From Eledone cirrhosa (Eukaryota), in contig CAXHJY010001704.1 in assembly GCA_964016885.1 (NCBI GenBank), positions 1 through 28,638 on the forward strand: a DNA stretch of 28,638 bases. Reading direction: 5' to 3'. Below, in pieces: positions 15,690 through 28,638 of the stretch. The position numbers and the translations under genes were made by a program. The notes beneath the pieces are model-generated. The model saw only the letters and a list, made by a program, of their open reading frames with translations. It was not told the origin of the DNA and ran no database searches. Within the stretch, counting starts at the first letter, position 1. Each line of letters starts with the position of its first letter.

Positions 15690-18600
15690 TTATCTCCAGC
15701 CTATATAGGTTGGCCACTGGTTTAAGAGGGAGTTTGTTGCTGCTGCCCTTAGGTTTCCCACGTGTCTTGCTGTGGGCTCATCCGGGATCCTGGATAACAA
15801 GGCGTCGAGATGTTTCTTAAAGACATCCACCTCCACGTCATGCAAGTCTCTCAGATGCCTCGGCAGCCTGTTGAAGAGTTGAGGGCCCTTGAATCCCAGG
15901 CTATTGCAATACCTGCTCCTTATTCTAGATGTGGAAGACGGGACCTTTGGCACCAGAAAGTGACGTCCTGTTCGGCGGTTGGTCCAGCTCCCAATGCCAA
16001 AGTTTGGTGCTAGTCCCTCCAGGATTTTCCACATGTAGATCACTGCGTATCTCTCCCGTCTTCGCTCCAAGGAATAGAGGTTCAGTTCCTTTAGCCTCTC
16101 CCAGTAGCTTGTCTCCCTCATCTTGGCAATCCTCTTGGTGTAGCTTCGCTGCATTGCCTCAAGCTCCGTGGTTAGTTTGACACTATGGGGTGACCACAAC
16201 TGGGAGCAGTAGTCCAGGCGGCTTAGGACAAAAGTCCTCCACAGTGTCAACATGGTGTCTCGATCTCTTGTCCGGAAAGTCCTCAAGATCCAGCCATCGA
16301 GTCGTCTGCACATTGTCACCACTTTCATGGTGTGTGAAGAAAAAGATGCATCATCGCTCATGTCTATGCCCAGGTCTCGTATCGATTTTGACACGGGGAT
16401 ATCGGTCCCTCCTGGTCCTGTGTAGCTGTGTTCCACTATATTTGTGTTTGCAGATTTGTATTGTAGGGCTTGGAATTTGCCAGCATTAAACTGCATGTTG
16501 TTTTCTTCCGCCCATCTGTATATGGCATCCAGATCCTGCTGTAAAAGGGCAGCGTCAGCCGGGTTTTTGATTGCCTGTGCTATCTTAGTGTCATCAGCAT
16601 AGCTAGTGAGGGATATTGTTGCATGCACCACAGAGGGCATGTCCGAGAGAGCCACCAAAAACAGTAGTGGTCCCAGGACTGTCCCCTGGGGCACCCCACT
16701 TGTTATCGGTGTTTCCCTCGAGAGGGCCCCATTTGCTGCGACTGCCTAGCTTCTGTCCCTTAGGAAGCCATGCAGCCACTCACCTACTTTTCCATTTATG
16801 CCGAGTTCGTGTAGTTTGTGACATATCATTTCGTGGTCGACCTTGTCAAAGGCCTTCGCAAAGTCAAGATATATCACGTCCACATGTGAGCTGTCTAGTA
16901 GTTGTCTCAATACCCAGTCGTAGTGATGTAGCAGCTGTGTAAGGCAGCTTCTTCCTGGGCGGAAGCCATGTTGCGTGCTAGTCAGGCGGTCATTTTCTTC
17001 GAGGAAAGTGATTAGTTTCTTTCTGACGACTCGCTCCATGACCTTACTAATATGCGACGTCAGGGAGACTGGCCTATAGTTCTTGGCCTCCGCTCTACTA
17101 CCTCCTTTATGGATAGGGCATATTGTGCCTTCTTTCAGCTCCCTGGGTAGTACACCGCTAGCCAAGGAGTTTCTGAAGAGCATCTTCAGTGGAGTTGCTA
17201 AGGCCCGCTTACATATTTTCAAGAGAACTGCTGGGAATCGATCAGGTCCAGCAGCCGAGTCTGTTCTAATTTCATCAATGGCGTACACCACATCCTCCTC
17301 CGTTATGTCTATGTGGTTGATGGTTGCCATTTCTTCATGTAGTGTTGTGGCATCAAAGAACTCCTCTGGCTTCGTTACCTGCATGTGCCTCAGTGGACAT
17401 GTGAAGACACTTTTGTACTGCTCATTCAGTATTTCACATATCTCTTGGGGGTTTTCGGTTAATGAACCGTCCGTGTGGAAGAGTGGCCCAATCTTGCAGT
17501 GTACTGAGGCAGTTTCTTTTGCAAATTTAAAGAAGGCCTTAGGGTTTGTTTTAATGTTTTCTATGGCCCTGTTCTCTTTCTTTGCTCTCTCATTCTCATG
17601 TGAAAGTTTGAGTGCAATCTCGGTGTCAAGTCGTGCACGTTTCAAATAGGATTCCTTCTCGTTTTTGTTTTGTTGACTATTCAGCTGGTTTGAGAGTTTA
17701 GTTCTACGTCTCATAAGGATTTTCCTATCTCTGGGAATAAGATTTTTGTGTCTGTTTGCCTCTTTCTCCGGGACACACTTTTTGCATATAGTGTGTATCG
17801 TTGTCATGAAGTGTTGAAATTGTGTGTTAGTGTCTTGTGTGGCGGTGTTTTCACTCCATGTTTGCTTCCGGATTTCACTCTTAATCTTTTTCCAGTTAGC
17901 CTTGTAGAAGTTAAGGCTGGATAGCGTCCCGGAGCTTCTTGGTGGTTTTGTCTCTGTTGGTTCTCTTGGACCACATATCATTAGCTCTACTAAGTTATGA
18001 TCCGAGAGAATTGTTGGTGTCACCTTTACATTGTGGATGAGCACTTCGTTGTTTTTAAAACAGAGGTCCAAGACATTTTCGCCTCTTGTTGGGAGGAGTA
18101 TTGCTTGCTCCATGAACAGCCTGTGTGTGAGGGCCAGCAGGGATTCCGTCTGTCTCTGTTCTATTGACGTCATTCCAGGGAGGAGGTGGCCCTCAGGCCA
18201 TTTGACCTTTGGTAGGTTGAAGTCTCCCAGCAGTAGGATGTTGAGACCCTGGTCCAGTTTGTCAAGGACCTCTTCTATCCTACTTAGGCTATCCTCAATT
18301 TACCCTCATGACTGGGGACATCAGGCGGCCGATATGTGACACATATTACTGTCTGTAGTTGCTTCATATGTATTATCAGTGTGTCACAGACTGAGTTTGA
18401 ATGTGTCAACAGTACAATTGGTGTGACATGTTCACGGATATACAGAGCAACCCCATCATGAGTTCTCTCCTTCCTGTCCGAACGAAATACAGTATATTTC
18501 GGTATATGTATTTCTGCATCTGCTATACTGCTTTTCAGGTGCGTTTCGGTTAGTGCCATGCATAGTGCTTGATTGCTTATGGCTAAGTCTCCCAGGTAGG

Positions 18601-18724
18601 AAATTTTACTCATGTTACTGAGTTTCACCAGGCCCCTGACATTCAGCAGCAGCACTGGTGTGACTTTTGGGGTGCCAGTAATGGCTGTCGGTATGACACC
18701 TGGTCTGGTGTCAGCGGCGGCCAC
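15690..18724 (-). pseudogene. LINE ORF2: AP endonuclease plus reverse transcriptase
   Basis: APE motifs LNVRGL, LTETHL, YRPP, GDFNLP, LDL and SDHN. RT motifs NYRPVSLTS, QHGFR, YLDFAKAFDKV, GVPQGTVLGPLLF and YADD. Lesions are a frameshift near 18290-18310 and an in-frame TAG at 16746-16748. Confidence 0.95.
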
Positions 18725-19590
18725 TCTGGGTCCCTTAACTGTGGTGGTCTTGAGTGCTGGTGTGGATGACCCTGGCTCTGGAGACGATGCAGCCAGGTCA
18801 GCTGTCTCACAATCTTCTCTGCCATCACTAAAAAAATTTTCTGATCTGCTGCTGCCATCTGTATCTCGTCGGCATGTGCGTGCCTTCTCCTTGTTGGTGC
18901 GGCACGCGCGACATCAGCATACTTCTGGAGCGGCTTATTTCGGCTTTTGCTGGGGCATGTTGCGCGAGTATGATGGGCATGGTTCGTTTGAGACCTAGGG
19001 TGGGCGAATCTGCATCCCATCCCTGTCTCTCCATGCCAGCATGTCCCGTTCTTGAAAAACTTGCACATTACTTGGGTTTTTTTGCTCCCAGTGTCTCGGT
19101 GCTTTCTGTTCTTCCTTTGAACAGTTTTCCACTGGTCCGTCTGCGCTTGGTTCTCCTTCGGAAGGTGATTTCGCTTTTCACCTTTGCCCTTTGCTTGTTG
19201 GTTGCCAGGCCTGCCCTCCCTGCCTGTGGCGGAGGGTATATCATTTTCTTTCAGGTCCGTGCTTGTGCTCTCCTCCTTTTCTTTTTCTTTTTCCTCTTCC
19301 TTTTCCCTCTCCTTCTCCTCATCCCTCTCTTCGGTTTTCTCTTCCCTGAGGACACGGCTTAGCATCGCCATATGTGGCGCTATGAGGACATACGCCTTCT
19401 CAATTTCTTTTCTCTTTCTCTCTATCTGTGCCAGGGTCCTCAGAAACCCATGGCTCTTCAGGTTCTCCGCCATCTTTTTGCTTGGTGGAGACCCATCAGC
19501 CATGGTCCGCCCCTTGATCAAAACCGCTAGTTCCATCTTTGACCAGTTTCGTTGACTCCTAATTTCACCTTTTTCCTGCATGCAGTCCAT
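18643..19590 (-). CDS. LINE ORF1: Myb/SANT(trihelix)-like region, E/K-rich coiled coil, CCCH zinc finger
   Basis: The likely ATG is at 19590, since the upstream in-frame part is CT-repeat. Motifs are NWSKME...MAENLKSHGFLRTLAQIERKRKEIEKAY and CKFFKNGTCWHGETGMGCRFAHP. It overlaps the start of ORF2. Confidence 0.7.
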   Translation of the reverse strand: MDCMQEKGEIRSQRNWSKMELAVLIKGRTMADGSPPSKKMAENLKSHGFLRTLAQIERKRKEIEKAYVLIAPHMAMLSRVLREEKTEERDEEKEREKEEEKEKEKEESTSTDLKENDIPSATGREGRPGNQQAKGKGEKRNHLPKENQAQTDQWKTVQRKNRKHRDTGSKKTQVMCKFFKNGTCWHGETGMGCRFAHPRSQTNHAHHTRATCPSKSRNKPLQKYADVARAAPTRRRHAHADEIQMAAADQKIFLVMAEKIVRQLTWLHRLQSQGHPHQHSRPPQLRDPEWPPLTPDQVSYRQPLLAPQKSHQCCC

Positions 19591-20487
19591 TTCGCTGTGG
19601 AAGGGAGAAAGAGAGACAGTGGGAAGTGTAGGGTAGAGTTTAGAGAGGGACAGAGGGAGGGAGGGAGATAGAGATATAACTCCAGTGAGATAAATATAAC
19701 TCCAGCGAGAAAAAGAAAGAGAAACAGAAGAAAAGAAAAGAAAAGGGGGAGAGAGACAGAAGAGGGGAGCGAGAGAGATAGCGGGAAGAGTGGGGGGAAG
19801 GTCAGAGGGAGGGAGAGAGAGAGAGGGAGAGAGGGAGAGAGAGGGAGAGAGAGAGAGAGGAAGGAAGGAGAGAGATAGAGACAGCGTGAGCAATAGCAGA
19901 TCATTACTATAAAAAAAAAAATTTAAATTAAATTAATGAATGGAAGAAACCGGAATCATAGAGATATAGAAACACGATCTAAGTTGCATATAAGTTGAAT
20001 CTAAATGTTTGTTTACAAATATAAGAAGTTATTGCAATATCAACATATCAACCAAGAAACAACAAACCGAGTCAAAAACCGAGTCAAAAACAAATAAGAT
20101 TATACCAAATTAAACAAGATTATATTAAATTAAATTCTATTACTCAGAAAAATCAAAATAATACAAGATCTGCTTAAGTTAAACTAAAATTAGATTATGT
20201 ATGCTCTGTATGGTAGTCAAGAAAAATAGAAAGCACGTGTGTGTGTTGTCTCCTATGAAGGTATCACACAGTGAAAATAAACATGTTCAAAACGATAATA
20301 TGTGTAAAATATACTTCAAAATAATTGCGTCAAAGCACAAAAACTTATCTTTTTTGTATGTTTTCCTTGTCCGCTGAAAAATTAAAGCCATACATAAATC
20401 CGATTACTGTCGATTTAAAATATTAAAATTTCAAATCTGGAGATACGACAATTCACGGCTTATACCAACAAGTTGCCAAGCCTATAC

Positions 20488-20518
<31 letters not shown>

Positions 20519-20533
20519 CACATATATATATAC

Positions 20534-20564
<31 letters not shown>

Positions 20565-20842
20565 CAGCGGCGATGAATTAGTTTTGCGAGGTTTTTTATA
20601 TGAAACCGTGTGTCGAAACAGATATTGTTATACTTGGGGAGGGTCATATTTGCGTAATATTGCCAGAATTAATAACAGAACACACTCACTGTTTGGTTGG
20701 TTTTCGCTTCTCGCTGTCTTTTATATCTGCGATCTAACATACTCGGTCCTCAATGTTGCCATTGATTGACCGGCGGTCAAAAATAATACAGATACAATAT
20801 AGACACAAACACATATATATATATATATAGTTTACATAATTT

Positions 20843-20884
20843 ACATAAATCTTTCGTTGCACATCTGCAACATCGTCAGTGGTG
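20843..20884 (-). ncRNA. Minimal type-I hammerhead motif (family D)
   Basis: ACCA-CTGACGA-T-GTTGCA(GATG)TGCAAC-GAAA-GATTT-A-TGT. The core and 6-bp stem II are intact, while stems I and III are weak. Confidence 0.7.
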
Positions 20885-20918
20885 TTATATTCATTGTTCC
20901 TCCTGTTGTGTTGTATGT

Positions 20919-21011
20919 CTACGCCATTTTTTTATTCAGTCTGTCTATATATTTATTTATTTATTTGCTTGTTTGTTTATCTTATTTTATTTTGTCTTCT
21001 TTGCGCATGCG
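20919..21011 (-). promoter_or_regulatory. Candidate pLTR promoter motifs (NRF1-like and YY1-like)
   Basis: TTGCGCATGCG at 21001-21011 and CTACGCCATTTT at 20919-20930. Both recur in the same order at 27112-27163. Confidence 0.45.
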
Positions 21012-21163
21012 TTTGCGTGTGTGTGTATAGTGTTATGTGTGATGTGTGACTAGTGTGTATAGTGTTGTGTCTGCTGGGTGACTAGTGTGTGTTTATGTGC
21101 TTGTTGTTATTGTGCTTGTGTATGTATTTATTTATCTTATTTTATTTTATTTTATTTACTTAT

Positions 21164-22925
21164 TTATACTTCTCTTAGGTCAGTGTTGTTTGTTTGGGTG
21201 TTGTTGTTGTTCCACTCATTCTTTCTGTTTAGCTTTGGTCTTCTAATTTCTATTTCACTGGCCTCTCTGATTTGCCTATCTGCTGGGTCATTCCTATGTT
21301 TAGATATTATTCTAATTTCTATGTTGTCTATGTTACCGTCATGTTGTTGTCTAGCATGTTCGTATAGTACTGACCCGTTTTTTCGTCCTTTTAGTTCCCC
21401 CCAGTGTTGGTCTATCCTTTCACCTATGCTACGAGCTGTCTCACCTATGTATGTTGTTGTCATGTTTCTGCAAGTACCCTCTGTACATCTTATGCTATAG
21501 ACTACGTTTCTAGTTTTACAGTTTATCCGGGGGTTCACCTTACATATGATACACTTCCTATTGGTACAGTGGGTTTTCTTAAAAGGGTAGGTTTTGCTGA
21601 TCAGGGATTTTATGGTGGTTCCTGGCTTTTCTACCACCTTTATTTTTAAGTGGGTCTTTCTCAGGGCCTTTCTACACTGGTTAGCTAATTTCCCTCCAGG
21701 GGTGGCGTCCACAAACATGACACTCTGATATCTCTGGTTGTCGTACCATGATGTGGCCTTCCCTATCTTATGTCTAGCCCTATCTAAGCTATTCCATGAT
21801 TTGCTCCTGTATAGTGGGCAAATTCCTTTCATGTCCAGTTCTATGAGGGTCTTATACTTTTCCATGGCTCCTTCGTATACTCTGACTCTGTCTCTTTGGT
21901 TGTAGCCAGAGAACTGCATGCGGTTGATGAAGTGTTGGATGTGTCCTTCCATTTCTGTTGGGTCGCACATGCTGGACACATTCTTCATCACTCGTACCAA
22001 ATCTGCGATCAGAATATTAAACTTAGCACTACTGGACATTGCTGAGTTTTTGAGTATCAGGTATTTGGAGGCCATGGGTTTAGCATAGTGTGAGTGGAGA
22101 ATTTGGGCTCTCTCGTCTATAGTGTTAACCCAGAGTTCTGTGTCTAATACAGGTAGTCTATTGTTAGGGTGTTTGGAAGGGAAGTCTATAGTTACAGTTA
22201 TACTCTGGTGTATGGAATTAGCTATCTGCTGGATGCTTTCCATCGTGCTACGTTCTAAATCAAACTTGTTAGTGCTCTCTAGTGGGGGTGTTCTTATAAC
22301 TATATTGATATCGTCTACATAACGGGAGTACATGATGAGGTCTATGGAGCTTTCATTAAGGAGATCTTTAAGTCTCCTTTCCCACCATACTATGAAAAGG
22401 TTGGCAACATCACCAGCTATGCTGACGCCGATGGCTGCTCCCTCATTTTGGGTGTAGATTTTCTCATTGAATTTAAATATGTGGCCCTTATGGTAGTTTT
22501 GATACTAGCCCCTATTGCATGTGCGACCATTTTTCTTACCTGATCAGTGTTTTGGGGGGTCCGTATGGCTTTGGTCCACCCAATCCACCTTCCAATGGGA
22601 GTCTTTTTAGCCATTGAGTTTATGGTGGGGGGGTCTACCTCTTATAGGTATATTAGGGCAGAAACATCTAAGGTCATGACTGTCTAGGTAGTCAGTGTCG
22701 TAGGTAAGTCTAAGTAGGAGGCCCAGTTCGTCTGTGTCGACGTTGCAGAACTCCACCTCACTCTCAATGATCATCTCCACACATCTTTTCACAGCAAAAT
22801 CAATGTTAATGGATGGGTACAGTGACACCACATCCATGCTGCCTATTATGCAGTTGGATAGGCTCCTGTTTTTGTTGCACTCACTGATTCTGCTGAGGAG
22901 GTCCTCTGTACTTTCACATACATCT
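21164..22925 (-). pseudogene. PLE RT plus GIY-YIG, copy 2
   Basis: Near-identical to 12602-14365. Frameshifts lie at 22627-22633 (shared with copy 1) and ~22488 (private). Confidence 0.95.
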
Positions 22926-22934
22926 TTCATATAC

Positions 22935-22967
<33 letters not shown>

Positions 22968-23022
22968 CATATATATATATAATATATTTAGAAACACACA
23001 GATACATGCGGACACACACATA

Positions 23023-23164
<142 letters not shown>

Positions 23165-23233
23165 CATATATATACATATACATATATATACATATACATA
23201 TACATATATATATATATATACATATGTATATAC

Positions 23234-23295
<62 letters not shown>

Positions 23296-23297
<2 letters not shown>

Positions 23298-23397
23298 CGA
23301 AAGAAATGTGGTAAGGAACCAGGTGGACCATAACGCCCCAAAGTACTCAATGCTTAGGGTAGTAGAGTGGGTAATAGGAACAAGTAAAGACCCCGAC
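23296..23397 (-). mobile_element. Family B terminus, second copy
   Basis: Close homolog of 3615-3715 with the same terminus TTCGTTA|(TA)n. Confidence 0.85.
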
Positions 23398-23399
23398 TT

Positions 23400-24980
<1,581 letters not shown>

Positions 24981-25475
24981 ATGAAAAATTGAACAGGGAC
25001 AGAACAGAGAGGCAGTACAATAAATGGTTATTAAATTGAAGCTCAGGAGGGTGGGGGGTAGGTGGGGGCGGCGTTTCGGGTATAAGCCCTTCTTCAGGTG
25101 AGAAGTGTGTGGGAACAGAGTTCAAAAGGTGTGTAGGGGAGTGGTGGAGAGACATATAGCGAAAGGAAACGGTGCGAATGAAAAATTAACAAATAAAGAC
25201 AAAAAATATAATAAATAAAAATAAAGCATGATCAAAATACAAGGAAGGAGAAAATTTAAAAATAAAGGCATGATCAAAATAAACTGAAATTAAAAGGGGG
25301 GTAAACAGGTGGTGGAAGGGTGTGGGGTGAGTAGGGGTGGTGGCGGGTGGAGTGGGGAGAGGGAGACGGGGTGTCCGGGCGGGGAGGGCTGAAGGTGGTG
25401 TGTGTGGTTAGGTGTGGGTGTGTGTGTGTGTGTGTGTATGTGAAAGTAAGGGTTGGGAGAAGAACGGGGTTGCAT
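24981..25475 (-). mobile_element. Solo pLTR-like fragment, family E
   Basis: Hammerhead-like core CTGAAGA-AGGG-CTTATA-CCC-GAAAC at 25073-25097, a 17-bp motif shared with family A, and (TA)n flanks. Stem I and the NUH site are not convincing. Confidence 0.55.
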
Positions 25476-25548
25476 ATATGTATATATATGTATATATATA
25501 TATATGTATGTATATATGTATATATATATATATATGTATATATATATG

Positions 25549-25599
<51 letters not shown>

Positions 25600-25611
25600 G
25601 TATATATATAT

Positions 25612-25649
<38 letters not shown>

Positions 25650-25688
25650 GTATGTATATATATATATGTATATATGTATGTATGTATG

Positions 25689-25723
<35 letters not shown>

Positions 25724-25728
25724 GTATG

Positions 25729-25763
<35 letters not shown>

Positions 25764-25764
25764 G

Positions 25765-25814
<50 letters not shown>

Positions 25815-25877
25815 TATACATATATACATATACATATATATATATATACATATATACATATACATATATATATATAC

Positions 25878-25908
<31 letters not shown>

Positions 25909-25998
25909 CATATATATATAGATATATATATATATATATATATACATATATATATACATATATATATATATACATATATATACATACATATATACATA

Positions 25999-26213
25999 TA
26001 TAAAATATTAAACAAATAATGAATAAAACAATGAAACAGTTCCTTATATTAAACAAAAAAAGTTCATTATTTAACGATCGTTTCTAGGATATATATGTGT
26101 TAGAATTGGCATGCATATTCAACAGATCTATGTACAAAATTATACAAAATTATACAAACTATCAAGATTAAATATACATACCAACACATATATACGCCGT
26201 CTTCAGAAATAAT
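25999..26213 (-). mobile_element. Family A fragment comprising the hammerhead plus ~65 nt downstream
   Basis: Homologous to 717-930, with the same left breakpoint as 717. Confidence 0.9.
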
Positions 26214-26251
26214 ATATATATATATATATATATACATACATATATATATAC

Positions 26252-26282
<31 letters not shown>

Positions 26283-26283
26283 C

Positions 26284-26316
<33 letters not shown>

Positions 26317-26495
26317 CATATATACATACATATATATATACATATATATACATATATATATACATATATATATACATATATATACATATATATATATACA
26401 TATATACATATATATATACATATATATATACATAAATATATACATATATATATACATATATATATATATATACATATATATATACATATATATAC

Positions 26496-26526
<31 letters not shown>

Positions 26527-26603
26527 CACATATATATATACATATATATATATACACATATATATATACATATATATATACATATATATACATATATATA
26601 TAC

Positions 26604-26641
<38 letters not shown>

Positions 26642-26667
26642 ATATATACATATATATATATATACAC

Positions 26668-26735
<68 letters not shown>

Positions 26736-26767
26736 GTTTATATATACATATATATATACATATATAC

Positions 26768-26799
<32 letters not shown>

Positions 26800-26801
<2 letters not shown>

Positions 26802-27260
26802 TTCGTTTCTGAATTTGTTTAGCAAGATTCTTTATCTGAAATCGTGTGTTGAAACCGATATTGTTATACTTTGGGAGGGTCATGTTGCCAATAAGAAACA
26901 CACGCACCAGTTGCTTTCACTTCAATTTATTATATATTTATAAATTTATAAATTTACAAATTTACAAACTTATAACTTTCTGGTTGGTTGGTTGGTTCCA
27001 CAACCAGATAGTTGTTTATATATAGTCATAGTCCTGTCGACACACACTCTGTGACCTCTTCAGTGACTGGGGATTCCTTTCTTCGTTTCTGTGCCTTTCC
27101 TTTCTTCTATCCTACGCCATTTTGTTTCTGTGTGTGTGTCGTGTGCTCAGTTTGCGCATGCGCCACATGCGGGCGTCTGTGTGTGTTTGTGTTCATTTTT
27201 CTATTTGTTTATTTATTTATTTATATATTGTTGGTTGGTTGTTTGTTCTATGTGTGTGTG
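26800..27260 (-). mobile_element. Solo pLTR of a family D relative (D2)
   Basis: ATG 26883 opens a 28-codon peptide homologous to 20564-20647. It also has a degenerate hammerhead at 27024-27068 and shared promoter-like motifs. Confidence 0.75.
27024..27068 (-). ncRNA. Degenerate hammerhead motif (D2)
   Basis: AGTCA-CTGAAGA-GGTCACAGAGTGTGTGTC-GACA-GGACT-A-TGACT. Stem I is perfect, but GAAA reads GACA, so this copy is probably inactive. Confidence 0.6.

Positions 27261-28638
<1,378 letters not shown>

Larger units (their letters stand above)
15612..20482 (-). mobile_element. Near-full-length CR1-group LINE
   Basis: ORF1 plus APE-RT ORF2, and a short 3' UTR ending CAGCATGGCCTCAGCCGGATTGCTGAAACAG(GTAAAAGA)2. 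A pyrimidine-rich leader lies at 19600-19885. The 5' boundary is only inferred from the next (TA)n tract. Confidence 0.88.
20564..22925 (-). mobile_element. Penelope-like element family D, copy 2, with pLTR, hammerhead and ORF-start tail
   Basis: In order on the minus strand: coding remnant 22925-21164, 3' UTR, hammerhead 20884-20843, short (TA)n, then ATG 20647 and 28 codons. Inclusion of 20564-20812 is inferred from the parallel layout at 26800-27260. Confidence 0.85.

Noticed and set aside
25295-25420. G-quadruplex-forming tract
   Set aside because: G-runs are present, but it is single-copy, low-complexity sequence with no evidence of function.

Overview
Eukaryotic, repeat-saturated window with no recognisable host gene. 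It is probably an octopus/cephalopod locus, inferred from a tRNA-derived SINE I recognise from memory and the extreme (TA)n content. Very roughly 40% is interrupted (TA)n microsatellite, and nearly all Ile/Tyr-rich ORFs in the track are artefacts of it. The islands between the tracts are retroelements. Three Penelope-like (PLE) families retain coding sequence: a Naiad-type GIY-YIG remnant, a Neptune-type RT-EN remnant, and two copies of a third RT-EN family. There are also several short pseudo-LTR (pLTR) fragments, a near-full-length CR1-group LINE whose ORF1 has Myb/SANT-like and CCCH motifs, a bipartite non-autonomous RTE derivative, a LINE 3' end and SINEs. The most notable pattern is a set of type-I hammerhead ribozyme motifs from about seven pLTR families. 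Several sit in a repeated head-to-head architecture, with a true 3' terminus at one end and an internal TAT microhomology end at the other, both fused to (TA)n. Two diverged pLTRs also share an NRF1-like / YY1-like / hammerhead / ATG layout and a conserved 28-codon peptide that ends at the same codon. All alignments and folds were done by eye.
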